Below, piece by piece: positions 38,237 to 48,014 of a stretch of 64,000 nucleotides of DNA. Source of the stretch: Longimicrobiales bacterium (GTDB lineage: Bacteria; Gemmatimonadota; Gemmatimonadetes; Longimicrobiales; Gaopeijiaceae); assembly GCA_965116905.1 (NCBI GenBank), contig OZ220732.1:2048001-2112000 (forward strand). Direction: 5' to 3'. How positions within the stretch are numbered: position 1 is the stretch's first letter; every line of letters begins with the position of its first letter. The notes beneath the pieces are model-generated. The model was not told the origin of the DNA, did not search any database, and worked only from the letters and a program-made list of their open reading frames with translations. A program made the position numbers and the translations under genes.

Positions 38237-38845
38237 ATGGTGATCGTGGGCCTGACGGGGAATGTGGCGGCTGGAAAATCGACCGTCGCCGAGCTGTGGC
38301 GCGACGCCGGGATACCCGTGGCGTCGGCCGATGGGCTGGCGCGCACGGCCGTGGAGCCGGAGACCGCCGCGCTCGAGCAGATCGTCGACCTTTTCGGGCA
38401 TGACGTGTTGAAGGAGGACGGCTCGCTGGACCGCGCGGCCGTGCGCCGGCGGGTCTTTCGGGACGAAGAGGTGCTACGGCGCCTGGAAGCGATCGTCCAC
38501 CCCGAGGTCAGGCGCCTGCGGGACGAATGGACCGCGGACCGGAGAGCGGAGGGAGCGCCCCTGGTGGTGTGGGAAATCCCGCTGCTGTTCGAGACGGGGA
38601 CGGAGGCCGAGGTGGATGTCGTCGTCGTCGTGGACGCACCGGCGGAAGTGCGGCGGCGGCGCATCGTCGAGACGAGGGGAATGACGCCGGAGGAGGCGGA
38701 GGCCGTGATGGCCGCGCAGCAGCCTTCCGAAGCGAAGCGGTCGAAGGCCGACATCGTGCTGGACAACGGGAGGGGACCTGAGGAATTGGCCGCTGCAGCC
38801 GCCGAGGCACTGCAGGGGCTGCGGGCGCGGAGCACGCGACGGTGA
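38237..38845 (+). CDS. coaE: Dephospho-CoA kinase
   Basis: VGLTGNVAAGKST, LEAIVHP, IPLLFE. Confidence 0.93.
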   Translation: MVIVGLTGNVAAGKSTVAELWRDAGIPVASADGLARTAVEPETAALEQIVDLFGHDVLKEDGSLDRAAVRRRVFRDEEVLRRLEAIVHPEVRRLRDEWTADRRAEGAPLVVWEIPLLFETGTEAEVDVVVVVDAPAEVRRRRIVETRGMTPEEAEAVMAAQQPSEAKRSKADIVLDNGRGPEELAAAAAEALQGLRARSTRR

Positions 38846-39909
38846 CGGGCGCGCACGAGGACCGAGCGCGGGCCCAGCGCGGCATGCGATTCGACGAAGT
38901 GCTCAGCCGTCTGGACGCGGCCTCCTCGGTGGTCATCACGACGCACGCAAACGCGGATGGCGACGGGGCCGGCTCCGAGATCGCGCTCGCGGCGTTCCTG
39001 CGGGCGCGTGGGGCCGACGCGTGGATCGTGAATCCGACGCCCTTCCCCGAGAGCCTCGACTTTCTGCTCCCGGACCGGGGGTGGGTCCTGCCGCCCAGGA
39101 GCTCGCGCGAGGCGCGGTACTGCAGTGAGGCCGACCTCGCGGTTGTGCTCGACACCGCCCAGGTCCCCCGCATCGGCAGGGTCAAGTCGCTGATCCGACA
39201 CCTCCCCAAGGTCGTGATCGACCACCATCCCCCTTCGAACCGGCCGATCGACGGCCTCGTCGTCTGCGATACGTCCGCGTGCGCAACCGGCGCTCTGGTC
39301 TTCGAACTCATCGATCGGGCCGGCGGTCCGTGGCCGCCGCCGGTCGCGCACGCGCTGTACGTGGCCGTCATGACCGACACGGGCGGGTTCCGGTTCTCGA
39401 ACACGGATCGCGACTGCTTCCGCGTCGCGGCCCGGCTGGTGGAGCTCGGTGCCGAGCCGGAAACCCTCTTCCGCGCCGTCTACGGCCGCTTTCGGGTGCG
39501 CCGCTTCGAGCTGCTGCGGGAGGCGCTGGCCACCCTTGCGGTGCACCCGGACGGCCGGATCGCATGGATGACGGTTCCGAAGGACGCGTACGACCGCGTG
39601 GGAGCGGCCGTCGACGACCTGGAGGGGTTTGTGGACGTGCCGCGCGACATAGACGGAGTCCAGGTGGCGATGCTCTTTCGCACCACGGCGGACGGGAGAA
39701 TCAAGGTCTCGCTCCGGTCGGTGCCGCCGATCGATGTGGGGACGGTTGCGGCCGGGTTCGGTGGCGGGGGGCACGCGCGGGCGGCGGCGGCCGTCGTGAC
39801 GGGGCCGCTTGATGACGTGATCGCACGGGTGCTGCGCCGCGTTGAGCGGATTGTGGACGACCAGGGCGCCCGCGCAGGGCATGTCGCCCTTCCGGAGACG
39901 CTAGATTAG
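38842..39909 (+). CDS. nrnA: DHH/DHHA1 bifunctional oligoribonuclease/pAp phosphatase
   Basis: THANADGD, IDHH, TDTG.FRF, SLRS, GGGGH..AA. Confidence 0.88.
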   Translation: MTGAHEDRARAQRGMRFDEVLSRLDAASSVVITTHANADGDGAGSEIALAAFLRARGADAWIVNPTPFPESLDFLLPDRGWVLPPRSSREARYCSEADLAVVLDTAQVPRIGRVKSLIRHLPKVVIDHHPPSNRPIDGLVVCDTSACATGALVFELIDRAGGPWPPPVAHALYVAVMTDTGGFRFSNTDRDCFRVAARLVELGAEPETLFRAVYGRFRVRRFELLREALATLAVHPDGRIAWMTVPKDAYDRVGAAVDDLEGFVDVPRDIDGVQVAMLFRTTADGRIKVSLRSVPPIDVGTVAAGFGGGGHARAAAAVVTGPLDDVIARVLRRVERIVDDQGARAGHVALPETLD

Positions 39910-39916
39910 TGGGACC

Positions 39917-40387
39917 ATGGCCAGAACTCCCTTCAGCAATGTCCGGGACGATACGGATGTCGACGGACCTGGCGTCCCCGAGGCGCTTCCGCGGACCATC
40001 CGGGAGGTGGGCCATCGGCTGGGGCCGGCCGCGATCGACACGCTGTGGATCTTTCCGCCCATGGTTCGGGGAAGGCGCGAGTGGGGACTGGTCGCGGCGA
40101 GCTGCTTTGATGGCAGCCAGGCGCGGCGGCTCATCACGGCACGCTACTCGGCCCAGCGTACCGGCAGGGGGCTGTACCTGGAATCGCGGCTGCTCGACGA
40201 GGGCGTTGCGCCGGCGGACCGACTGCCCCGCGTGATGGAGGGCGTGGTCAAACGGGGGCCGCGGCCGTTGGGCCGTCCGCGCATGGTCGAGGTTGCGGGG
40301 GGGACCGAGGCCTTCGACGCACTGATGGCGGATTTCGACGGCGAGCTGTTCGAGGAGGCCGTGGCCGGGCCGCGGGTGGCCGGGTGA
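39917..40387 (+). CDS. Hypothetical protein
   Basis: Fills the operon gap; protein-like IDTLWIFPP..RGRREWGLV. Confidence 0.7.
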   Translation: MARTPFSNVRDDTDVDGPGVPEALPRTIREVGHRLGPAAIDTLWIFPPMVRGRREWGLVAASCFDGSQARRLITARYSAQRTGRGLYLESRLLDEGVAPADRLPRVMEGVVKRGPRPLGRPRMVEVAGGTEAFDALMADFDGELFEEAVAGPRVAG

Positions 40388-40391
40388 CGCG

Positions 40392-40895
40392 ATGAAGGCC
40401 GGCCCCAGGAATATCGAGCCCTACCTGCGCATTTTCGCGCGTTATCTGCGGGAGCAGGGGCTGCCCGTGACCCAGCAGCGCCTGGCGATCGCCAGGGTCG
40501 TGTTCGGCTCGTCCCGGCATCAGTCGGTGGACGATCTGGATGCTGTCCTGCGATCGGGCGGTCTGCGCCTCGGCAAGGCGACGATCTACCGCACCCTCGA
40601 CCTGCTGATCCGCAGCGAACTGGTGGAGGAGCACGACTTTGGAGAGGGCTTCAAGCGGTACGAGCACCGGCTGTCGAGAGATCCCGTCCACCACCACCTG
40701 GTGTGCACCGAGAGCGGCGAAGTGATCGAGTTTCGCAGCGAGGAGATCCGGCGAATCGTCGAGGAGACGGCGGCTCGCCACGGGTTCCGGCCGACGCATC
40801 ACAAGCTCGTGATCTTCGGACTGAGCCGGTCCAGCCAGGAATCGGGGGCAGACGTACCCTCGCGCGGCATCACCTGTCCCATCGAGACGACCTGA
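40392..40895 (+). CDS. fur: Fur family metalloregulator
   Basis: TQQR, KATIYRTLDLL, HHHLVC...G.VIEF. Confidence 0.88.
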   Translation: MKAGPRNIEPYLRIFARYLREQGLPVTQQRLAIARVVFGSSRHQSVDDLDAVLRSGGLRLGKATIYRTLDLLIRSELVEEHDFGEGFKRYEHRLSRDPVHHHLVCTESGEVIEFRSEEIRRIVEETAARHGFRPTHHKLVIFGLSRSSQESGADVPSRGITCPIETT

Positions 40896-40907
40896 TCCGG
40901 ACCGGCC

Positions 40908-41921
40908 ATGCCCAACCGCAGGGATCCGGAGGCCGCCGCTCGACAGGGCGCGCAGACGATTCACGACCTGCCCGAGGGTCTCGGCGCCCTGCCGTGGGAG
41001 CTGCCGCGCGTGTTCCTGGGGCTGGATGGCGAAGCGGCCACCCCGGACGGTGCGGCCACCTGGATCCTGCCTGTTCCCTACGAGGCCACCACGAGCTGGG
41101 CTTCCGGGACCCGGCAAGGCCCGCGCGCGATCATCGACGCCTCGCGCTACATCGAGCTCTTCGACCATGAACTCGACCACGACCCCTCGGCCGAGGGCGT
41201 GTACACCTTCCCGGCGCTGGAACTCACGCGCGGCGACGCTTCCCGCGCCATGGAGGAGCTCGAAGGCGCGTGCGGCCGGGTGCTCGACGCGGCCGCGGGC
41301 CGCCGGGTGATCATGATCGGCGGCGAGCATTCGGTCTCCGCGCCCGCCATCCGCGCCCACGCTCGCCGCTCTCGGGAACGCCTTTGCGTGCTGCAGTTCG
41401 ACGCTCACCTCGACCTGCGCGACAGCCTTGACGGGAGCGCGCTTTCGCACGCCTGCGCGATGAAGCGGGTGATCGACGACGTCGATCTGGTCACCGTGGG
41501 CGCCCGCGGGATCAGCGCCGAGGAGTGGCGGGTGGCGCGGAACAGCGACAACGTGGTGGTCATCACCGGCGAGGAGATCGGGGGCGCGCGGGGTATGGGC
41601 GCGCGCGGTGTGGGCGCGCCGGGAGGGCCTCATGACTGGATGGACCGCGCGCTGGAGTCGCTGCACGATCCCGTCTACATCACCTTCGACGTGGATTTCT
41701 TCGATCCGTCACTCGTGCCCGCGACGGGCACACCCGAACCCGGGGGCGGACGGTGGCATCCCACAATCGAATTCCTGCGCCGGGTTTTCGGTGCGCGTCG
41801 CGTCGTCGGGGCCGACATTGTCGAGCACGCGCCGATTCCCGGATTTACGGCCCCGGACTTCCTCGTGGCGAAACTGATCTACAAAATGATCGGGTACTGG
41901 AGCAAAGGTCCTTCTTCATGA
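40908..41921 (+). CDS. speB: Agmatinase (ureohydrolase family)
   Basis: GGEHS, FDAHLDLR, DVDFFDPS..PATGTPEPGG. Confidence 0.88.
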   Translation: MPNRRDPEAAARQGAQTIHDLPEGLGALPWELPRVFLGLDGEAATPDGAATWILPVPYEATTSWASGTRQGPRAIIDASRYIELFDHELDHDPSAEGVYTFPALELTRGDASRAMEELEGACGRVLDAAAGRRVIMIGGEHSVSAPAIRAHARRSRERLCVLQFDAHLDLRDSLDGSALSHACAMKRVIDDVDLVTVGARGISAEEWRVARNSDNVVVITGEEIGGARGMGARGVGAPGGPHDWMDRALESLHDPVYITFDVDFFDPSLVPATGTPEPGGGRWHPTIEFLRRVFGARRVVGADIVEHAPIPGFTAPDFLVAKLIYKMIGYWSKGPSS

Positions 41922-42646
41922 ACGAATCCCTCGGCATCGGCATCGTCTTCCTCGCGGGCGTCCTCTCCTTCCTGTCGCCCTGCGTCCTGCCGCTCGTCCC
42001 CAGCTACCTGTCTTTCGTGACAGGCATGTCCCTGGAGGATCTGCAGCAGGGCGTCGACCGGCGCCAGGTCCTGTTGCACTCGGTCCTGTTCGTGATGGGC
42101 TTTACCCTGATCTTCGTGCTGCTGGGCGCCTCGGCGTCGTTCATGGGGCGTTTCCTGAACTACTACAGCGACTGGATCGCCCGGATCGGCGGGATCATCA
42201 TCATCATCCTGGGCCTTCACCTGATGGGCGTCTTCAAGCTGACGCCGCTCATGCGCGAGAAGCGTGTCCACGTCGCGGACAAGCCCACGGGGTACCTGGG
42301 GACGGTGGCGGTAGGCTTCGCGTTCGGGGCGGGTTGGACGCCGTGCATCGGTCCCGTGCTCGGTGCCGTGCTTACGATGGCGGCATCCCAGGAGCAACTG
42401 GGCCAGGGCACGATGCTCCTCTTCGTGTACTCGATGGGGCTCGCGATTCCCTTCATCCTCGCCGCGCTCGCGCTGGAGCGCTTCCTGTCCGCATTCTCTC
42501 GCTTCCGCCGCTTCCTGCCCGCCGTTCAGACCGCGGCCGGGGCGCTCCTGGTGCTGCTCGGCATCCTGCTGGTCACGGGCTCGTTCACCGTGCTCGCGGC
42601 CTGGCTGAATCGTTTCGCACCCGAGTTTCTGCTGGAGCGCATCTAG
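41918..42646 (+). CDS. ccdA: Cytochrome c biogenesis protein CcdA
   Basis: SFLSPCVLPLVP, GWTPCIGP. Confidence 0.92.
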   Translation: MNESLGIGIVFLAGVLSFLSPCVLPLVPSYLSFVTGMSLEDLQQGVDRRQVLLHSVLFVMGFTLIFVLLGASASFMGRFLNYYSDWIARIGGIIIIILGLHLMGVFKLTPLMREKRVHVADKPTGYLGTVAVGFAFGAGWTPCIGPVLGAVLTMAASQEQLGQGTMLLFVYSMGLAIPFILAALALERFLSAFSRFRRFLPAVQTAAGALLVLLGILLVTGSFTVLAAWLNRFAPEFLLERI

Positions 42647-42679
42647 CAGCCGGCGGACGCCCCTCCCGGAGATCCCATC

Positions 42680-43261
42680 ATGGCCCTTGTCCCCTCCACG
42701 ATGCTCGAGCTCGGCAGCCCGGCCGCCGACTTCTCGCTTCCCGAGCCGGCCACCGGCCGTTCGGTCCGACTCGCGGACTTCGACGGCTCGGCCGCGCTGC
42801 TCGTCGCGTTTCTCTCCAACCACTGCCCATTCGTCAAGCATATCGCGGACCGCCTGGCAGCCGTGGCGGCCGACTACGAATCGCGGGGCGTCGCCATCGT
42901 GGGAATCAACGCCAACGATGTCGCGAACTACCCGGATGACAGCCCCCAGCGGATGAAGGACGAGGTCCGGCGCCGGGGCTACACGTTCCCGTACCTCTTC
43001 GACGAGTCGCAGGAGGTGGCAAAGGCCTACCGCGCGGCGTGCACGCCCGACTTCTTCCTCTTCGATGCCGACCGCTGCCTCGTGTACCGGGGGCAGTTCG
43101 ATTCGAGCCGGCCGTCGTCGGGGGTGGCCGTGTCGGGGGACGACCTCTGCGCGGCGATGGACGCCGTGCTGTCGGGCCGCGAGCCCACCGGTGACCAGGT
43201 GCCGAGCGTCGGGTGCAACATCAAGTGGCAGCCCGGCAACGAGCCCACCTGGTACGGCTAG
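42680..43261 (+). CDS. Thioredoxin-like (AhpC/TSA, PRXL1-like) protein
   Basis: SNHCPFV, YRAACTPDFFLFD, GCNIKW. Confidence 0.88.
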   Translation: MALVPSTMLELGSPAADFSLPEPATGRSVRLADFDGSAALLVAFLSNHCPFVKHIADRLAAVAADYESRGVAIVGINANDVANYPDDSPQRMKDEVRRRGYTFPYLFDESQEVAKAYRAACTPDFFLFDADRCLVYRGQFDSSRPSSGVAVSGDDLCAAMDAVLSGREPTGDQVPSVGCNIKWQPGNEPTWYG

Positions 43262-43285
43262 CGGCCCGGGCCGCCGCCGCGCCGG

Positions 43286-45064
43286 TTACGCCGCGCCCGC
43301 CACCGCCTGTTCGAGCAGCTGCCGTCTGAGCAGCGTCGCGTAGGTCCCTCCCTGCGCCAGCAGCTGCCGGTGCCGGCCGCGTTCCACGATGCGGCCGTCG
43401 TCGAGGACCAGGATCAGGTCGGCGTCCTTAACCGCGGTCACGCGGTGTGAGATGATGAAGGCGGTTCGGCCCTCGAGCTCCCCGCGCAGCCCTTGCAGGA
43501 TGCGCGACTCGGTCCGTGTATCCACCGCGCTGAGCACATCGTCGAGCACGAGCACCGGGGGATCGAGGGCGAGCGCGCGGGCCAGCGTGGCGCGCTGCTT
43601 CTGGCCACCCGACAGGTTGATGCCGCGCTCGCCCAGCCGCGTCTGATACCCGCTGGGGAATCCCCTCACGGTCTCGTGGAGGTGGGCCGCGATGGAGGCG
43701 CTTCGGACGCGCCGCATGATCTGGTCCGCTTCCCCGGATGCAGGGATCCCCAGCGCGATGTTGCGCCCCAGACGGGCCGAGAAGAGGAAGCTGTCCTGCG
43801 GGGCGAAGCCGACGCGACCCCGGATGTCGGCCGGGTCGTACTCGGGCAGTGGCGTGCCGTCGAGCAGAACTTCTCCCGAGGTGGGGTCGTAGATCCGGGC
43901 AATGAGCGAGACGAGGGTGCTCTTGCCGGACGCCGTCGGGCCGACGACCGCGATGGTCTGACCGGGTTCGGCGGTGAAGGTGATGTCCCGCAGAACGAGA
44001 CGCTCCGTGCCGGGGTAGCGAAACGAGACATCCCGGAACGAGATGGGTGCCGGGCCGGCGGGCGGGGTGGCGGGGGCAGCGGGGGCCGTGATGGAAGGCT
44101 CGGTCGCCATGATGCGGTTGATTCGGCCCATTGACGCCGCGCCGCGCTGGTAGAGGTTGACCACCCATCCCAGGGCGATCATCGGCCACGAGAGCAGCAC
44201 CAGGTAAAAGGAGAAGGCGACGAAGTCCCCCGTGGTGATCACGCCGGCCATCACCTGGCGTCCCCCGTACCACAGCACCACGACCATCGCCGCGCCGGTG
44301 AGCAGTCCCATGATGGGGTGGAATGCGCCGGACACGTATGCCAGGTGCATGTTCCGGCGGAGATAGTCGCGATTGAACCCGTCGAATTCGCTTGACTGCG
44401 CCTCCTCCTGCCCGTAGGCGCGCACGATGCGGACGCCGGACAGGTTTTCCTGCACCATCGTGGACAGCGCCGCGAACTGTTCCTGGATTCGCTCGAAGCG
44501 GTTGTGGATCGTCTTCCCGAACCAGGCCACGACCGGCGGCAGTACGACCATCGGCACCAGGGACACGAGGGTGAGCATCGGGCTGATCCAGATCATCAGC
44601 GCGAGCCCGAAGACGAAGTTGACGACCGTGTTCGCCGTGTACATCACCGCGGGCCCCACCGCCTGCCGCACGGCCAGCGTGTCGTTGGTGGCGAGGCTCA
44701 TCAGCTCGCCGGTGCGGGTTCCACCGTAGAAGCCCGCGTCCAGGCGGAGGAGATGCCGCAGGAAGTCGTTCCGCAGATCGACTTCGACCCGCCGGCTCAG
44801 CCCGTTGAGGATCTCGCGCATCCCGTACCGGGCCGCGTTGCCCACCAGTGCCACTCCCACGATCAGGAGCGCGTAGTGTACAATGGTTCGCCGGGTGGCA
44901 TCGGGATCGGCGCCGGCGTCCGCAGTCAGGGCGTCGATCGGCAGCTTCAGCAGGTAGGGGTTGGCCAGCGCGAATCCGTTGGCGAGTATCACCAGCACCA
45001 GGCCCCAGAACATGGGCCAGCGGTAGGGCCGGAAATACGGGAGGATGGTTTTGAGTTGCTTCAT
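43286..45064 (-). CDS. ABC exporter, fused permease/ATPase (MdlA/MsbA-like)
   Basis: TM domain; GPTASGKST; LSGGQKQR; LDDVLSAVD; ISHR. Confidence 0.92.
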   Translation of the reverse strand: MKQLKTILPYFRPYRWPMFWGLVLVILANGFALANPYLLKLPIDALTADAGADPDATRRTIVHYALLIVGVALVGNAARYGMREILNGLSRRVEVDLRNDFLRHLLRLDAGFYGGTRTGELMSLATNDTLAVRQAVGPAVMYTANTVVNFVFGLALMIWISPMLTLVSLVPMVVLPPVVAWFGKTIHNRFERIQEQFAALSTMVQENLSGVRIVRAYGQEEAQSSEFDGFNRDYLRRNMHLAYVSGAFHPIMGLLTGAAMVVVLWYGGRQVMAGVITTGDFVAFSFYLVLLSWPMIALGWVVNLYQRGAASMGRINRIMATEPSITAPAAPATPPAGPAPISFRDVSFRYPGTERLVLRDITFTAEPGQTIAVVGPTASGKSTLVSLIARIYDPTSGEVLLDGTPLPEYDPADIRGRVGFAPQDSFLFSARLGRNIALGIPASGEADQIMRRVRSASIAAHLHETVRGFPSGYQTRLGERGINLSGGQKQRATLARALALDPPVLVLDDVLSAVDTRTESRILQGLRGELEGRTAFIISHRVTAVKDADLILVLDDGRIVERGRHRQLLAQGGTYATLLRRQLLEQAVAGAA

Positions 45065-45944
45065 GTCGGGTCGGGGCGGCCTGCTCCGGGGTAGCGGGCT
45101 TAATACTAGCGGACTGCTGCTGACGGCGTGGCTTCCGCTTTGCGTGGCGTGTGGGCCTGCCGGGGACTCCGGGGGGGAGAGTGGTGGGGAGGAGGACGGC
45201 GGGTCCGTGCCGGGCGGGACGGTCGGGGACGCAGCGGAGCTGGACACCTTGTCGCCCGCGGCCGACACGGAGGATCCGGCAGTCGAGCCGCCGCTGGATT
45301 CGGTGCCGGACATGGTGCCGGACACAGCCCTCGATTCGGTGCCTGGGTCGGCGCTGGACACGGTGCCGGGGTCGGCGCTGGACACGGTGCCCGGGTCGGC
45401 GGGTGCCGACTCGCTGGCCGGCGATGCCCCGGAGGCCTCGGACTCGATGGCCGCGGCGGCGCCCGATGTTCTCATTCCGGCCGGAACCCGGATCAGCGTC
45501 CTCAGCGACGAGGACATTTCGACCGCCGACTACATGGTGGACGATCCCGTGGTCGCGACGGTTTGGGAGGATGTCATGGGCGTGGACGGGACCGTGCTCA
45601 TTCCGGCCGGGACCAGAATGCTCGGACGCGTCTTGGCATCGGTCGGATCGGGAGGGGCCGGAGAGGACCCGGTGCTGGAGATCGCGTTCGAGACCCTGTC
45701 GTCCTGGACCTGGGAGCGGCCCGTGGAGGGCACCGTGGCGGAGGCGCTCGTGGTCCTGGATCCCGCGGGGGACTTCGAGCGCCGTCGTGCGGAGGGGCGG
45801 CGGGCGGCCGTTACGATGGTGCCGGGCAAGATCATGGCCGGCAGCCTGATCGTCGTCGAATTGCGCGCGCCGGTGCTCGTGCCTCCGGCATTGGTGCTGC
45901 CGGACTCGGTGATGCAGGGCGACACCCTGCCGCTGCCGTCCTGA
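45063..45944 (+). CDS. Hypothetical lipoprotein with acidic repeat linker and IPAGT beta-domain (start uncertain)
   Basis: LCVAC lipobox; (A)LD(S/T)VPGS repeats; IPAGT twice. Confidence 0.65.
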   Translation: MSGRGGLLRGSGLNTSGLLLTAWLPLCVACGPAGDSGGESGGEEDGGSVPGGTVGDAAELDTLSPAADTEDPAVEPPLDSVPDMVPDTALDSVPGSALDTVPGSALDTVPGSAGADSLAGDAPEASDSMAAAAPDVLIPAGTRISVLSDEDISTADYMVDDPVVATVWEDVMGVDGTVLIPAGTRMLGRVLASVGSGGAGEDPVLEIAFETLSSWTWERPVEGTVAEALVVLDPAGDFERRRAEGRRAAVTMVPGKIMAGSLIVVELRAPVLVPPALVLPDSVMQGDTLPLPS

Positions 45945-45947
45945 TTT

Positions 45948-46072
45948 GGGTGGCCGACGGCGGGGGGTGGCCGACGGCTAGCGGGGGTAGCCGACGGCCG
46001 GGAGTGGCCGACGTCTACTGGGGGTGGCCGACGGCCAGGAGTGGCCGACGTCTACTGGGGGTGGCCGACGGC
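45948..46072. repeat. Seven GTGGCCGACG cores at alternating 17/20-bp spacing (37-bp higher-order repeat) overlapping the ggt 3' end
   Basis: Cores at 45950, 45967, 45987, 46004, 46024, 46041, 46061. Confidence 0.88.
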
Positions 46073-47956
46073 GAGACCGCCCCGGCGGGGGTCCGACCAG
46101 CCCGATAGCGTGCCGTCCGGCATCACCATGATCAGCTGCACGTCGCCCGACATCCCGCCGGTGAAGTAGGCGTCGGGCGGCCCGCGCTCCCGTTCACGCA
46201 CGGTGTGGCCGCGCGCCTCGAGCGCTCGGACCGTGCCCTCCGGCAGCCCCCCGTGCTCGAACAGGATCGCATCCGGGAGGTGCTGGTGATGCACCCGCGG
46301 GGCGTGTACGGCCTGCACCACGTTCATCCCGTGGTCGATCACGTTGAAAACGGTCTGCAGGACGGTGGTGATGATGGTGGCGCCACCGGGAGTGCCGCTC
46401 ACCAGAAAGAGCGCACCGTCGGTGTCCTCGACGATCGTGGGGCTCATGGCCGAGAGCATGCGCTTCTCGGAGGCGACCGCATTGCGCTCGCCCTGAACGA
46501 GGCCGAACTGGTTGGGCGTGCCCGGCTTTGCGGAGAAGTCGTCCATGGTGTTGTTCAGGAAAAACCCGGCACCGTCCACGACCACCTTTCCACCGTACCA
46601 GGAGTTGACGCTCGTCGTCACGGCGACCGCGTTCCCGTCGCCGTCGACCACCGAGTAATGCGTGGTGTGACTCTCGTCCAGGAACGCCTCGACGCCGGGA
46701 CGGACCTCTTCGGACGGCGTTGCCCGCTCCATGGAAATCGTCGCAGCGCGGGCCTCCGCGTATTCGCTCGACGTGAGTTCGGCCAGGGGCATTTGCACGA
46801 AGTCCGGATCGGCGAGGTACTCGTTGCGGTCCGCGTAGGCGCGCCTGAAGGCCTCGGCCATCACGTGGATCGCGTCGGGCCCGTTCCACCCCAGCGCGGC
46901 AAGATCCCAGCGCTCGACCTGGTTCGCGATCGCGGCCATGGTCACCCCGCCCGAGGACGGGGGCGGCATCGAGTAGACCGTGTGGCCGCGGTACGTGAAC
47001 GCGACCGGGTCGCGCCACACGGCCTCGTAGCGGGCGAGGTCCTCCAGGGTGATGATGCCGCCGCCCCGCTCCATCTCGGCCGCGATGAGCGCCGCGGTCT
47101 CGCCCCGGTAGAAGTCGTCGGGCCCCTGGTCGCGCAGCCGCGTGAGCACGGCGGCGAGGTCGGGTTGGGAAAAGGTGTCGCCGATCCGCGGGACCTCGTT
47201 GCCGGGCAGGAAGACGCGTGCGCTCGCGGGGAAGGCCCGGATGCCGTTCTGGGCCGCCTCCAGGGTGGAGACCAGTCGCGTGGTGACTTCGAAGCCCTCG
47301 GCAAGGCGAATGGACGGCTCGACGAGATCGGCCCATTCCAGGGACCCGAAGCGCCGATGAGCCTCCCACAGGCCCGCGACCGTGCCGGGCACGCCTGCGG
47401 CCAGGTGGCCGACCACCGACCTGTCGGTGACGTTGCCGTCCTCGTCCAGGTACATGTCCCGCGTGGCCGCGATGGGCGCCTTCTCGCGGTGGTCGAGCGC
47501 GTGGACGGTGCCGTCGGCGAGCCGGACCATAAGGAAGCCGCCGCCGCCGAGATTGCCGGCTTCGGGGTTCACGACCGCCAGGGCCAGCCCCGTGGCGACC
47601 GCGGCGTCGACCGCGTTGCCCCCCCTTGCCAGGATGTCGGCCCCGACCCGGGACGCGTACTCGTCCGTTGTGGCGACCATTCCGTCGGTTCCCGTGACCG
47701 CACCGGCATCCGCCGGGAACGGCCAGCCCTCGGGAAACGCGCCGCCGGCGTCGACGAACGCGCTTGGGGAGGCCGGCGGCGTATCCGGCCGGGTTTCCTG
47801 GAGCGTTTCCGGCGGCTGACAACCGGCAGCGAGGGCCAGAAACGCGGCGTGGACCGCGAAACGGGTGAGGGCGCGGGGCCACCGGGCCGCCGCGGACCGG
47901 GTGAAGGCGAGCCGCGAACGGGCGCGGGGCCGCCTTGGTGTGGAGTCGATACTCAT
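46052..47956 (-). CDS. ggt: Gamma-glutamyltransferase (exported, AAGC lipobox)
   Basis: GGNAVDAA, GNLGGGGF, HTTHYSVVD (Thr nucleophile), LNNTMDDF, GTPGG. Confidence 0.94.
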   Translation of the reverse strand: MSIDSTPRRPRARSRLAFTRSAAARWPRALTRFAVHAAFLALAAGCQPPETLQETRPDTPPASPSAFVDAGGAFPEGWPFPADAGAVTGTDGMVATTDEYASRVGADILARGGNAVDAAVATGLALAVVNPEAGNLGGGGFLMVRLADGTVHALDHREKAPIAATRDMYLDEDGNVTDRSVVGHLAAGVPGTVAGLWEAHRRFGSLEWADLVEPSIRLAEGFEVTTRLVSTLEAAQNGIRAFPASARVFLPGNEVPRIGDTFSQPDLAAVLTRLRDQGPDDFYRGETAALIAAEMERGGGIITLEDLARYEAVWRDPVAFTYRGHTVYSMPPPSSGGVTMAAIANQVERWDLAALGWNGPDAIHVMAEAFRRAYADRNEYLADPDFVQMPLAELTSSEYAEARAATISMERATPSEEVRPGVEAFLDESHTTHYSVVDGDGNAVAVTTSVNSWYGGKVVVDGAGFFLNNTMDDFSAKPGTPNQFGLVQGERNAVASEKRMLSAMSPTIVEDTDGALFLVSGTPGGATIITTVLQTVFNVIDHGMNVVQAVHAPRVHHQHLPDAILFEHGGLPEGTVRALEARGHTVRERERGPPDAYFTGGMSGDVQLIMVMPDGTLSGWSDPRRGGLAVGHPQ

Positions 47957-48014
47957 GGTGTCGGGTCGGCTTTCATTAAGTTGACAGGGCATTCACCCAC
48001 GGGGGCGATGAAAG

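Noticed and set aside
45948..46072. CRISPR array
   Set aside because: 10-bp core with 7-10 bp non-unique spacers, derived from the ggt 3' end
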